Positions 28,538 to 42,384 of a stretch of 64,000 nt of DNA are shown piece by piece. How positions within the stretch are numbered: position 1 is the stretch's first letter; every line of letters begins with the position of its first letter. The DNA is taken from the NCBI RefSeq assembly GCF_009914755.1, contig NC_060945.1; one strand, 5' to 3'. The notes beneath the pieces are model-generated. The model searched no databases, was not told the DNA's origin, and saw nothing but the letters and a program-made list of their open reading frames with translations. Both the position numbers and the translations under genes were made by a program. This stretch comes from the human T2T-CHM13v2.0 reference genome, Homo sapiens.

Positions 28538-28845
28538 GATTATGTCCTTTTCAGCAACATGGAGGAAGCTGGAGGCCATTGTCCTAAGCAAACTAACATA
28601 GGAACAGAAAACCTAATAATGCATGTTCTCACAAGTGGGAGCTAAACACTGAGTACATATGGACACGTGTACTTGAGAGTGAAGGGCGGGAGGAGGGAGA
28701 GGATTGAAAAACTACTTATCGAGTAGTATGTTTATTACCTGGGTGACAAAATAATCTACACACCAAATCCCTGTGACACAAATTTTCTATATAACAAACC
28801 TGCACATGTATCCCTGAGCCTAAAACAAAAATTTTTAAAAAAGAA
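28538..28845 (+). mobile_element. L1 (old PA/PB type) 3' end
   Basis: atgtccttttcagcaacatgga to ataacaaacctgcacatgta, then A-rich tail. Confidence 0.88.
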
Positions 28846-29476
28846 GAAATCTAACTACTTTAAAATGTTTTATAAAGCCTTGCAATGGCTGATTCCTGCC
28901 TATTTTTCTACATCATACCATGTTATTTTCTTTCCTCACACACGCCACATTCCTGGTACACTAGCCACATTTCAGTTCCTCAAACCCACTCTTTTTCTTG
29001 ACCTTGAGGCTTTTAATTCGATGTTTCTTAACAGTATTCTGCCAGAAGTATTCCTTCTGTACTATTTACTGGAAAACTCCCCTTCCTTCAAGGACTGCTG
29101 TCCTCTTAAATGTGGTTTCCTCAATAAGACCTTCCATGCCCATCCTCATGTCTCCCCACCCCTGCCCACTCTGCAACATCCCAGAATCTATGATACTTAA
29201 ATTGCATTATTGTCAGTCATTAATAAATACAAGGACCACAAGGGCCCTCAAGATGTATGTTCCTTATTAGAACCCAAAACAACAAACCAACAGATATTTT
29301 AACTATGAAAGTCCAGTACAGATTTCAAAATAATTTTGAATAATCAAATTTAATATAAAGAGTTATAGTTTCACAAAGACTATATGCTATATTTTATCAC
29401 CTTAAGTTTCTGTGAGAAATAGGCTTTGTTAATATGACGAAACTCTAAAATTAATGGATTAAAAGACACAATTTCT

Positions 29477-29689
<213 letters not shown>

Positions 29690-30710
29690 CATTGTTTCTT
29701 ATTGTTTTTCAAGTTTCTATTCTTTTAGTTGAATGTACAGACAAGGAGTGGGTAGATAATGGATTCTTTTCATTTGAATCATAATGTGTCATTCTAGGAA
29801 TCTCAGAGCTAAATTTAAGGTCAAACATAATACTTATATTCACCATTCCTTCAAGAAATAGCTGTTGGGCATCTTTCATGTGACAATGAGAAGTTGGCTA
29901 AGTCTCTGAGAATCAATTAATCAATTCATTTAATAGTTCACCAAATTCAAAATCATTATTGGTAATTATTTTCTAACAGCCCTTTAACTATAAAATTGTC
30001 AGCGTACACTTGACACTGTAATCTTCTAAATTAGAATTGGGCAGATTATTGATATTTGTTCAGCTCTTACTACAGTGCCCTTTGTCCTTAATTATTTTTT
30101 GCTTTTTATATTTTGTTTTTTAAATATATTCTTTGTTTCTAATTTACTAAGATAATTTCAAATTTTATTTTTGTTATTCAGGCTGCAAGTAGGTCAGTAT
30201 CAACCTGAAATAACAAGACACCCTCTTCTTTCATGTGAGTCATTGGTAAGCACAGTGGTGGTGTGACATCAGTCCTGATTTCTATGGGATGGTTCTTGGA
30301 AATGCTTTCCAGACAGATTTAAATAATTGTTGTCAGTTTCATCATATAAACCTTTATTGCTTTCTGCAGCCAACTAGCCACACTGTAGTAGAAACAGTGT
30401 TTCTCTGAACCTGGGGTTGCAAGCTCCATAACACTTTAAAGGAGGCCATGGCAGAAGGGATCAAGGTGGATTCAGCATTTCCTACGTGCTTTTATATTTA
30501 TGGAACCATTCATGATTCATAACAATCTTGTCAGAAAGTTAATATTCTTCCCATTTATAGATGAGGAAATTAATGCCTGAAGAGATTAAGGAATTTCTCA
30601 TGTTGTTTGCCCCTTTAGTTCTTTATACTCTGCCATCTTGCCACTGTCAGAAAAAGCAGGACATGTTTTTCAAGATTAGATGTCTGGTACTCTGTTCATT
30701 GCAGAAATAA

Positions 30711-31048
<338 letters not shown>

Positions 31049-31069
31049 AGATTTCTTAAAAAGATAAAT

Positions 31070-31390
<321 letters not shown>

Positions 31391-31530
31391 CTATTGTTGG
31401 CATAATAAATTAGCCCAAACAGTGGCTTAAATCAAACCCATCTGTTATCCCACAGTTCTGTAGGTCAGAAATCCTAGTTGGTTTGTTTGGGGTCTCTTCA
31501 CTGGGTATTACCAAGCCAAAAAAACACGTC

Positions 31531-32156
<626 letters not shown>

Positions 32157-34284
32157 TCAACCTCTGGACTCTTAATGGGGGGCTCTGGGAAGATTCCACT
32201 TCCAGGCCCATTCATATTGTTGACAGAATTAAGTTCTTTGTGGTTGAAATGCTAAGGTTCTTTTTTTTCTTGTTGGCTGTCAGCGAAGGCCTGCCCTTAG
32301 TTGCAATAGGCCCCTCTCTGTCCATGCACATGAGTTCCTGCATCTCAGCAGCAGCAAGGGTGCATTGAATCCTTCTCATGCTTGAACTTTCCTTTGCTTT
32401 CCTCTTCTTTTTCCAGCTGGAGAACATTCTCTGCGTTTAAGGACTCATGAAATTGGATTGGGCCCATCTGGATAATTCAGAATATTCTTTCTTATTTAAG
32501 GTCCATAACCTTGATTACATCTGCAAAGTCCCTTTTGCCACGTAATGTAGCATATTCTTAAATTTCAGAGATTAGCCATGGACATCTTTGGGGGACCATT
32601 TTGCCTACCACAGACAGAAAAGAAGTGGAAGAAGGAAAAACTTTTCTCAATTTAGAAGTCTATTTGAGAGAGTTCTTGATAATTTTTGTTAGATCAAATT
32701 TGCTGTAAGTAAAAGATTCCCTCTTTAATAATTGTTTATCTGTTTTGTTGAAAATTGTGGGTAAATAAATATACAGAATCTTAGTTTAGGGTTTTTAAAA
32801 GCTTCCATTTGTGGTGTAGGCTGATTTTATTTTGAATTTTTGGTTCTAATTTATAACTTTTCAAGTATAATTAAATGTAAGTTTTGAAAAATTTTTTGCT
32901 TGTTCATTTGGAATGCATTTTCTTGATTACTGCTAATTTTTGGTTTATTGTAGCTTTATTTGGATTACTGTAGTGATTAACATTATGGCTGAGTAAAGAG
33001 CGTTGGAAATTCTAAGTATGATTTCTGAAGATCTCAAAATTGAAGGAGCAGACAGCAGTAATGAGTTACAAATGGAAACTTGTATTTTGTTTGGAAAATC
33101 GTTTCTTTCCTTGAGGAATTATGTTTTGTATTGGTTTCAGAGTGTTTGGTCTTTGGAGAGGTACTTGGGGTTTTAGGAAACACAGCAGTTGTATCTTCAA
33201 ATTAAATGTCACTTAGGCCTTTATGCCATGTTTCCTAAGGTCTTTACATCTGGAATAACTTTATCTCTATTCCAAAGAATCCAAGTAGTTCAAGGTTAAA
33301 CAGTGTGTCATCGTGATGTCAGGGGTGCCTCAGTTTCATTTCTTCAAAAATGTTCTATTCCATGAGGTTTCTTTTCCTACTTCAATAGAAAAATGTTGAC
33401 ATAAATTAAAAGTGAGCACTGAGTTGTTGTTTTGGGAATTGTCCCCTTCTTTTCTTCCTGTATTGACATTAAATTCATCCTTTTTTTTTTTTTTTTGGTC
33501 TGGAGACAAAAATCTGTTATATCAGTTTTCCATCTACATTTTGCCTGAGAAAAAATGTGGAAGACAGCTGTTTTAATGTTGAAATGGATCCAGTTTCTCC
33601 CTAAGCATGTCCTCAGAGCTTTTGGGCATTTATTTTTAACTCTGATAGAATTAATTTGGAATAAGACATAAATGACCATTATTTACCCTATCTAATTTCC
33701 TGAAACAAACAATGTGTGGTTACTTATGCCTTTGATTTAGCAGTAGAAATGTACGCTCTCCAGTAAATGAGAATAATAGGATCACTGGGTAAAATATTGC
33801 ATTTCCTGAATTCCTGCTGTGGTCATTTGACTGGACTAATATTTTCATCAACTGATAAAGAATTTAAAATAAGTTATTCATCCATTTGAATCAGCAACCT
33901 GTGTAATTTTTCAGGCCTGTACTTGAAAACGTTGTAGTTTAAGTGCCAGGTTGTAGTTGGAGGAGAGAGAGTGAGATGTGAAGAGGAAAATGATGTTGCA
34001 TTGAATTCCACTGAGGGACTGCCACCCTGGGAGACCAGCTTCTGTTCTTGGGTTTCACGGGTACCTGGACATTCTTTGTATGACTGGTCTGAGAAAGAAC
34101 TTACAGTTAAATACTTCTGAGGAGTCTGCCTCCCTCACACCTCATCCACTCTATGAGTCTCTGAAATGCACCGTGTGTGCATGTGATCATGTGTGCACAT
34201 GCCTGTGTTGGGATGAGGATAGGAGAAAATTGTTCTTTCTCTGTTCCACTCTTCACTTTGAAAAAGATGAGAGAAGAGTCTGGG

Positions 34285-34470
34285 CTCCAGTGTAGGCCAG
34301 AACTGGGTTTGAATCACAGCTCCATCCCTTGTTAATACCTGTGTGACCTTCAGTGAATCTCAGTTTCCATGAAATGCAGACAATAATGCCAAGGATTGGA
34401 GATAATTTATGTAAAGCTTACCCTGCACATTTTGGTCCCATTGTAACCAGTTAATAAATAGTGGTTACTG
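34285..34470 (+). mobile_element. MIR
   Basis: ctgggtttgaatcacagctcc..tgtgtgacctt..ctcagtttcc. Confidence 0.7.
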
Positions 34471-34679
34471 TCACTATACAAACCCTGATGTCACTATATT
34501 TAGCTAGTGTTATTCCATCTATGGAAAACATATGAATAGAAACAAAGTAGTTATTTTTTGTTATTGTTTAAAAAAACCTGTTTAGAGCCCCAGCTTCATG
34601 AGCACAGTAGGCTCTGACGTGTAGGTGCTGCTAGAAGGAACTTTCAGAGCTCAGCTCTATCTTTGTAGTTTATTAATCT

Positions 34680-34853
34680 GCTACCATGGAAACAGGTATT
34701 TAATCCTTATGAAACAGGAAAACAGCTTTAAACAAAGAACTGTTTCAAACAATGTGTTGTTCATGGGCAGCGTTTGTTTCTTTTTTTAAAAAAATATAAT
34801 TTCTAAGTGACTAACCTCATTTTTGGCAATCTGATTTGAGTTTCCATGGAAAC
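34680..34853. promoter_or_regulatory. Candidate enhancer with two RFX X-boxes
   Basis: GCTACCATGGAAAC at 34680-34693 and perfect palindrome GTTTCCATGGAAAC at 34840-34853. Confidence 0.45.
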
Positions 34854-36085
34854 AGAAGTGACAGCTGAGGCCTCCAAACTCTTGTAACTGATGGGGCTCA
34901 GGTTAAGTCTTGCAAATGTCAGTTGTCCCAAGGTACCTAAAAGAGCCAACAGAAATAAGAGTCGGACAATGTCCAGGGAAAAAGAAGGAATAATACGTCA
35001 AACATTTACAAAATTCACAATGCTGTGGGTTTGTGAAAAAGCATGTGTAATGGATAGACAGAGAGAAACTCATGGATGTAATTCACAGTTAGGGGTTATG
35101 TGGCCTGGCCTCATATTAAACACCTTTTTCTGAGTGGCTAACTTACCTAGTTCCTATATATTTTTGTTACACTTAGTACAAGAATATAGGGAAAGGGTGA
35201 AAGCTTAGAGGATTAATAAAATATCACATAATGGGCCTATTAAATATTAGCATGAGAACTAAATGTAAAAGAAGACAAATGAAAATGTATGAAAGCCAAA
35301 CTTTCAAAGATAGATGTGTTCAATTGGCATAGGCCCAAATATTTATTTGTAGGCCCCCACTATTGGTCTTTGTAGAGATTTTTCTAATTCCTAATATTTA
35401 ACAATGATATTACTACATCCTAGGATTGTTGGTGTAAAAGTAGTTTTCACTGTTTTTAGAAAGACTTTCCAGTAATTCTACATCACATCAGAGGGAGAAA
35501 AATCAGAATATCACCTGAGTTTCTAACACGGATTTTAAAACAACAGGCCTCTCTTATCCCCAACTTAAGTATATTGTGAGTATGCACATGTTTCTTTGTC
35601 AGCTACATCCTTCTGAGAAGAGCTGTACCTTTCAATTGTTTTGTGATTGGTGAAATCATCCAGTCTAGGCCACTCTGACCAGCAGATCTTTGACTAAGTT
35701 TTACTTGGGTCCTGCAGGTGTTTACAAATTTTCTTTATAAATATCTAAAGGGGTTTTCATAAATGAAGATTTTATAAATAAAACAAAAAGGTTTAGTTGA
35801 GGACTGAGTTTGCTTTGGGCACGAACAATATACAGTTTCTCAACATAAGCATAATATTGAGAAGTGATACCCAGTTAAAAAAGTAACCTCATTTTTATCC
35901 CATGAAAAATTATTTTATTATAGGAACATTTCATTAATTATTTTCCTGATTATGAAAATATTGTGTACTCTTTTAAAAAAAATTTTATAAGCTAAGCAAA
36001 TGAAAAATAAGTCACCCACAATTTCTCTATCTAGTTAGTATTTACAGATAAAGCATGCACTATAAAAATCCCCTTATATATATTC

Positions 36086-36422
<337 letters not shown>

Positions 36423-36479
36423 TAGTGTTACATAATTTTTGACTTAAATGTAATCATAATATCCTTTAACATACGCATT

Positions 36480-38620
36480 CCTAGGTGTAGACTTATGTAA
36501 ATTTGTAACATTCATCACAATATGCATACTCTTTCTAATCTGCTTTATTTCTAACCTCAAATATGTCATAAATATCATTCCATGCCTATAGCCATAAAAT
36601 CAATATTAAATTTAGTAATGGCTTTGCAATAATCCACTGTGTGGACATAGTATATGGCACTTAACAACGTCCCTATTTTTAGAGCATTTACATCATTTAA
36701 AAAATATTATTTGTAGATGTTTTGAAAAATATCCTCATACATACATCTTGTGACCTTGGTGATTTCTTCGGGATACAGTTCTAAAAATGGTATTTTTCTA
36801 ATTAGGGGCTATGTATTTAAGTGTTAAGTAAAAATTGTATACTTTCCTCAAGAATTCTTGTAGCAGTTTTCATCACTTCCTCAGTACTTGAGACAGCTAA
36901 ATTCCCCATATATTCACCCAAACTAAGTCTTGTCATTAGTTTTTCATCTTTGTTAATCAGGTAGTCAAAACATAGTATCTTAATTATTGCTTAATTTGTA
37001 TTTCCTTTACTACAGATTGAATTTATTTCATATATTAAATGCAAATTTTTGTTTCATAATTTATGAAATACTAGCTTATTTTGTTTGCCTGTTTCTTTGG
37101 AATTCTTTGTTTTGTATATATTTGTGACATCTCTATTGAGGTATAATTGATATAATAACCGCACATATTTAATGGGTACAATTAGATGAGTTTGGACATA
37201 GGCATATGCCCATAATATCATCACCAAAATTAATAAAATAGACATGTGCAACACCTCCCAGTTTCCTTTATGTTCCTTTCCTGTGTGCAAGTGTGTGTGT
37301 GGGGGGGTGGGGTCAAGAACACTTAACAGGAGTTTTACCGTCTTAACAAATTTTAAGTTGCACAAGTCTGGATTGTTAACTGTGGGTACTATGTTGTAGA
37401 GCAGATCTTTAGAATTTATTTATCTAGCATAAACTTAAGACTTTAATCCCACTGAACAATAATCCCCCATTTCTCCCTCTCCACAGCTCTTCTATGATTT
37501 TGACTATTTTAGATACCCGATGTAAGTGGAATCATGCAGTGGTTATCCTTCCGTGACTGGCTTATTTCATTTAGCATAGTGGTCTTCGGCGTCATCTATG
37601 TTGTCAGTTTTAAGGCTGAATAAAATTCCATTATATGGGTAGACCAAATTTCCTTTATCTATTTATCTGTCAATGGACACTATATCTTGGCTATTATAAA
37701 TAATTGTACCGTGAACATGGGAGTGCAGAAATCTCTTTATGATTCTGATTTTAAATCCTTTGGATCCACACCCAGAATTGGGATTGCGGGATCATATGGC
37801 AGTTCTACTTCTAATTTTTTTGAGAACCTCCATTCCATTTTTTATAGCTGTTGCCTCATTCTCTTTATATAGGATAGATATTAACCCTTTATGAAAATAT
37901 AATTAAAATACTTTCTAGTTTGGTGTTTGTCTTTTGTACATGACTTTTTTTAATTAAAATACTTTCTAGTTTGGTGTTTGTCTTTTGTACATGACTTTTT
38001 TTAATTTAAGACATTTATTTTTTAATATAGTCATACCAGTCTTTTTCTTTATGGATTTTGCCTTTCGTATCATGTGTGGAAAGGCTTTCCCCAGCATAAA
38101 TTTGTATCAGTAGACTCAGATTTTCTTCTGGTCTTTTCATTTATACTTTAATTGATTTGTAATTTGTTTTGGCCTAAGATTGGAGGTTTGAATATAACTT
38201 TATTTTCAGGAAATTGAATTTATTTACTTTCACATTATTTTCTTCACTAATTTGAAGTACTTATATTGTCACTTATTGGATTTTTAAATTCTTATATATG
38301 GAATCTGTCCCTTCTATTGATAAATTGTGTAGTTTTGCAGGAATATCGCAATATTATAACTTCACAATACATCTTAATATCTCAATAAGGAAAGTTTCTG
38401 TTTATTAGTCTTCATTGTCACAAATTTCCAGGTGAAATTGAGTCATTTAATGTAGTTCCAAAGAAAAATTCTTATTCAGATTTTGATTGGGATTGCATTA
38501 AGTTTATAGATTATTTTGGAGAAAACGGATGTATCTATAATATAGATACTTCCTGTCCAGAAACATGGATATTACTATATTTTTTCAACTCTTCTTTTAT
38601 GTCCTTTAGTAAAACCTGTA
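36480..38620 (-). mobile_element. Ancient L1M(E) 3' region with a nested L1MB-type 3' end (about 37125-37860)
   Basis: tattgaggtataattgatata, gtaagtggaatcatgcagt, ttttgattgggattgcattaagtttataga. Confidence 0.75.
37900..38006. repeat. Perfect 51-bp tandem duplication
   Basis: 37900-37950 = 37951-38001, plus taatt. Confidence 0.97.
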
Positions 38621-39164
38621 GTTCTCGTCCCATAAACTTAGCTTTTTACTTTATTGCACTTTTATCAGACTTTCTTCATTGTATCAAGAGTATTAATTTA
38701 TGGACAATTCCTGTAGCCAACATTGAGTTATCTGCTTCTCAACTCCACCTCTCGCATGTATCACTCTGGAATTTAGTATTTATTTACCTGTTTCAATTTC
38801 TGCAATTAGTAGTGAATCTGGTAATGTCTGCATTAATTGGAAGTTGTCATAGAGTCACAGGGTCATGGGATAATGACATTTATACAGCAAGAGAGGAAAA
38901 ATTCTAGTTGGTTTTCCTTCTTTGTATGTCTACTTTTCAATTAGTTCCTGAGATAACTTGTTCTGGTTTGTGTATTTGCAATTTTATGGTGACTACAGAG
39001 TGTGAATTGAGGAACAAAAAGGAAGTCTCTTATGACCTAAAATATACTTTCCACTTGTCTCCCAGGAGAAGCTACATTCCACCATTACGGGTCAATTTTT
39101 TTGGGTTAAGGTGCTCTCTTCAACAAAATGAAAATAGCTCTTGGGGAAATAACCACTTAAACTA

Positions 39165-39490
39165 GCCACTTAGCTCTGGCTGCTATAACAAATGACCTTA
39201 TTCTGGGTAGCTTAAATAGCAAATATTTATTTCTCATGGTTCTGGAGGCTGGGAGGTCCAAGATCAAGGTACCAGCAGATTCACTGTCTGATGAGGGCCT
39301 ACTTTCTGGTTTGAAGATGGTGCTTTCTTGCTGTGTTTTCACATGACACAGCACAAGCCCTCCCACTCATGAGGGTTCTACCTTCATGACCTAATTATCT
39401 TCCAAAAGCCTCACCTTCTAATACCATCACATTGGAGGTTAGGATTTCAACATAGGAATTTTGGAAGGGCACAAGTATTTAGATCATAAT
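39165..39490 (-). mobile_element. MLT1A-type LTR
   Basis: gttctggaggctgggaggtccaagatcaagg to ctaataccatcacattgg. Confidence 0.85.
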
Positions 39491-39514
39491 GAGTATTGTA
39501 CCCCAGTAGTACTT

Positions 39515-40190
39515 AATTTTTTTATTTTATTTTTTTCTCTGTTTTTATTTTATTTATTCATTTTTATTATACTTTAAGTTCTGGGTTACATGTGCAGAAA
39601 CTGCAGTTTTGTTACATAGGTATACACATGCCATGGTGGTTTGCTGCACCCATCAACCCGTCACCTAAATTAGGTATTTCTCTTAATGCTATCCCTCCCC
39701 TAGCCCCCCACCCCTGACAGGCCCTGGTGTGTGATGTTCCCCTCCCTGTGTCCATGTGTTCTCATTGTTCAACTCCCACTTATGAGTGAGAACATGAGGT
39801 GTTTGGTTTTCGGATCTTGTGATGGTTTGCTGAGAATGATGGTTTGCAGCTTCATCCATGTCCCTGCAGAGGACATGAACTCATCCTTTTTTATGGGTGC
39901 ATAGTATTCCACAGCATATACATGCCACCCTTTCTTAATCCAGTCTGTCATGGACGGACATTTGGGTTGGTTCCAAGTCTTTGCTATTGTGAATAGTGCC
40001 ACAGTAAACATACGTGTGCATGTGTCTTTATCACAGAATGATTTATAATCGTTTGTGTATATACCCAGTAATGGGATTGCTGATCAAATGGTATTTCTAG
40101 TTCTAGGTCCTTGAGGAATCGCCACACTGTCTTCCACAATGGTTGAACTAATTTACACTTCCACCAACAGTGTAAAAGCGTTCCTATTTT
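39515..40190 (-). mobile_element. 5'-truncated L1PA
   Basis: Antisense L1PA 3' UTR; TSD cccag(t/c)agtactt. Confidence 0.95.
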
Positions 40191-41757
40191 TCCCAGCAGT
40201 ACTTTAATTAATCAGATTATTTCCATCTAGATTGCTATGTAAGGGCAAGACCTTAGCATTATGATATAGATACATACGTTTTAATAGTGGGATGGTGCCA
40301 AAAATAGGTGCCTGGAAGAGTAGACCATGGTAGATGGCCATGGGTGGCGAGAGGACATCACAAAATGACAAAATTGGAGGAAAACATGTGTACTTTGAGA
40401 ATAGAGAAGAAATTAACAAAAAGTTAGGAGAGCTCAGAAAAGAAAAGTTAATTTTTTCTGTGGTTTGTCCTGCCTGGTTCTATAGAAAAATTGCACAAGG
40501 AATAGAGAAATAGATGGGGAGGAGGTTATAGCTGCTTTCACAGTAAGATCTATTAATTTTTCTTCCCACTAGCCCAATCTCAGCCAACAGGAGGCAGGGT
40601 TATTATTCCTAAAAACTAAGCCAGGGACAGGGTTTCTACCACAGATAGAATTCTACTGACATCAGTATAATCATTTTTAGTGACATATAGAAACAAATAT
40701 CCAGGCCAGAATTACTTCTTCAAAATATCTTTTTCTCAGCTGTAATCATCAGAATATTGAATACTTATTCAATACTGCATTTTCTAAAAAATATAGCCAC
40801 TTATTCTACCTAGTAGTGTGTTTGGCATCATTAGTGATGTGGTAAATAAAAAGAATCACTTTCAAACTGCTACCTTTTATGTGCAGCACTCACAGCTGCC
40901 ACTTGAAGCTCAGTTTGAAGCAATCAATTGGATAAGTCAATCAATTTTCATTTTGTCCTCATCTCCTAGGTAACCAGAGCATTTATACAGACCCTTGCCA
41001 AGGAAGAACATTTAAAAAGTAATATATATTCATGACCTGTTTTCTTTGAACACTGACTTAATAGAAAAGCAAAGAGCTACCCATGCAATATTTTAAATAA
41101 CAGTAACACAAATTTTATTTGATTCTGGTGAGAAAGTATGAGGGGAAACATACTATAGAATATAACATCATTATATTTCAGTCTCTTATGATCTATCAGG
41201 AATGAAAACTGCACCACCTGCTATGTCTATTATGTATTTAATGTGAATAACAAGCATCCCACTGCTGGTTATTAAAACAAATCATAAGCCATCTGACATT
41301 ATACTCATAACCCATTCCCTGCTTCATGGCTCTGAGAAAGGCACAAATTGAGGGTGGATGCATTGGAGCAGATTTTTTGATGTGAGTACAAGGCATTTGG
41401 CCTCAAAGTAAGTCATTTATCTACTTCAAAAAAATCCCATAAAAAAGTCATTATGAAAATATAATCATAAAACAGTATTATTGGCACAACATAGAGGATG
41501 AAAAATTCCAGCAGTTGCAAAACGCGTTAAGTTTTGCCTTACCTGAATCTTCTTGGCATGTGAAGCCATGAGAAAAATGAAACATTTGGTGTTTGTAGAA
41601 ATGACTCACATTGAGGAAGTCATAGATCTTGCTTGCCTTGTTGATACAATGTGGCATTCAAATCCCACTGATTGCACAGGCTTCAAGTTTAGCTGGGCCA
41701 ACCTCATCTACCTGGACACAGCTAACTGGTTTATTGGTTATTGTTTCCTGTGGGAAG

Positions 41758-42384
41758 TTTTTTTTTTTTTTCCCTTTTTTCTTTTTTTTTTATTATTATT
41801 ATACTTTAAGTTTTAGGGTACATGTGCACAATGTGCAGGTTAGTTACATATGTATACATGTGCCATGCTGGTGTGCTGCACCCATTAACTCGTCATTTAG
41901 CATTAGGTATATCTCCTAAAGCTATCCCTCCCCCCTCCCCCCACCCCACAACAGTCCCCAGAGTGTGATGTTCCCCTTCCTGTGTCCATGTGTTCTCATT
42001 GTTCAATTCCCACCTGTGAGTGAGAATATGCAGTGTTTGGTTTTTTGTTCTTGCGATAGTTTACTGAGAATGATGATTTCCAATTTCATCCATGTCCCTA
42101 CAAAGGACATGAACTCAACATTTTTTGTGGCTGCATAGTATTCCATGGTGTATATGTGCCACATTTTCTTAATCCAGTCTATCATTGTTGGACATTTGGG
42201 TTGGTTCAAAGTCTTTGCTATTGTGAATAATGCCGCAATAAACATACATGTGCATGTGTCTTTATAGCAGCATGATTTATAATCCTTTGGGTATATACCC
42301 AGTAATGGGATGGCTGGGTCAAATGGTATTTCTAGTTCTAGATCCCTGAGGAATCGCCACACTGACTTCCACAATGGTTGAACT
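41758..42384 (-). mobile_element. 5'-truncated young L1PA (about PA2/3)
   Basis: ttttagggtacatgtgcacaatgtgcaggttagttacatatg; ORF 42003-42407 is the ORF2p C-terminus. Confidence 0.95.

Noticed and set aside
41538-41715. Minus-strand donor/acceptor-like sites
   Set aside because: Stops in all three frames after the acceptor and a weak pyrimidine tract; unsupported without transcript data
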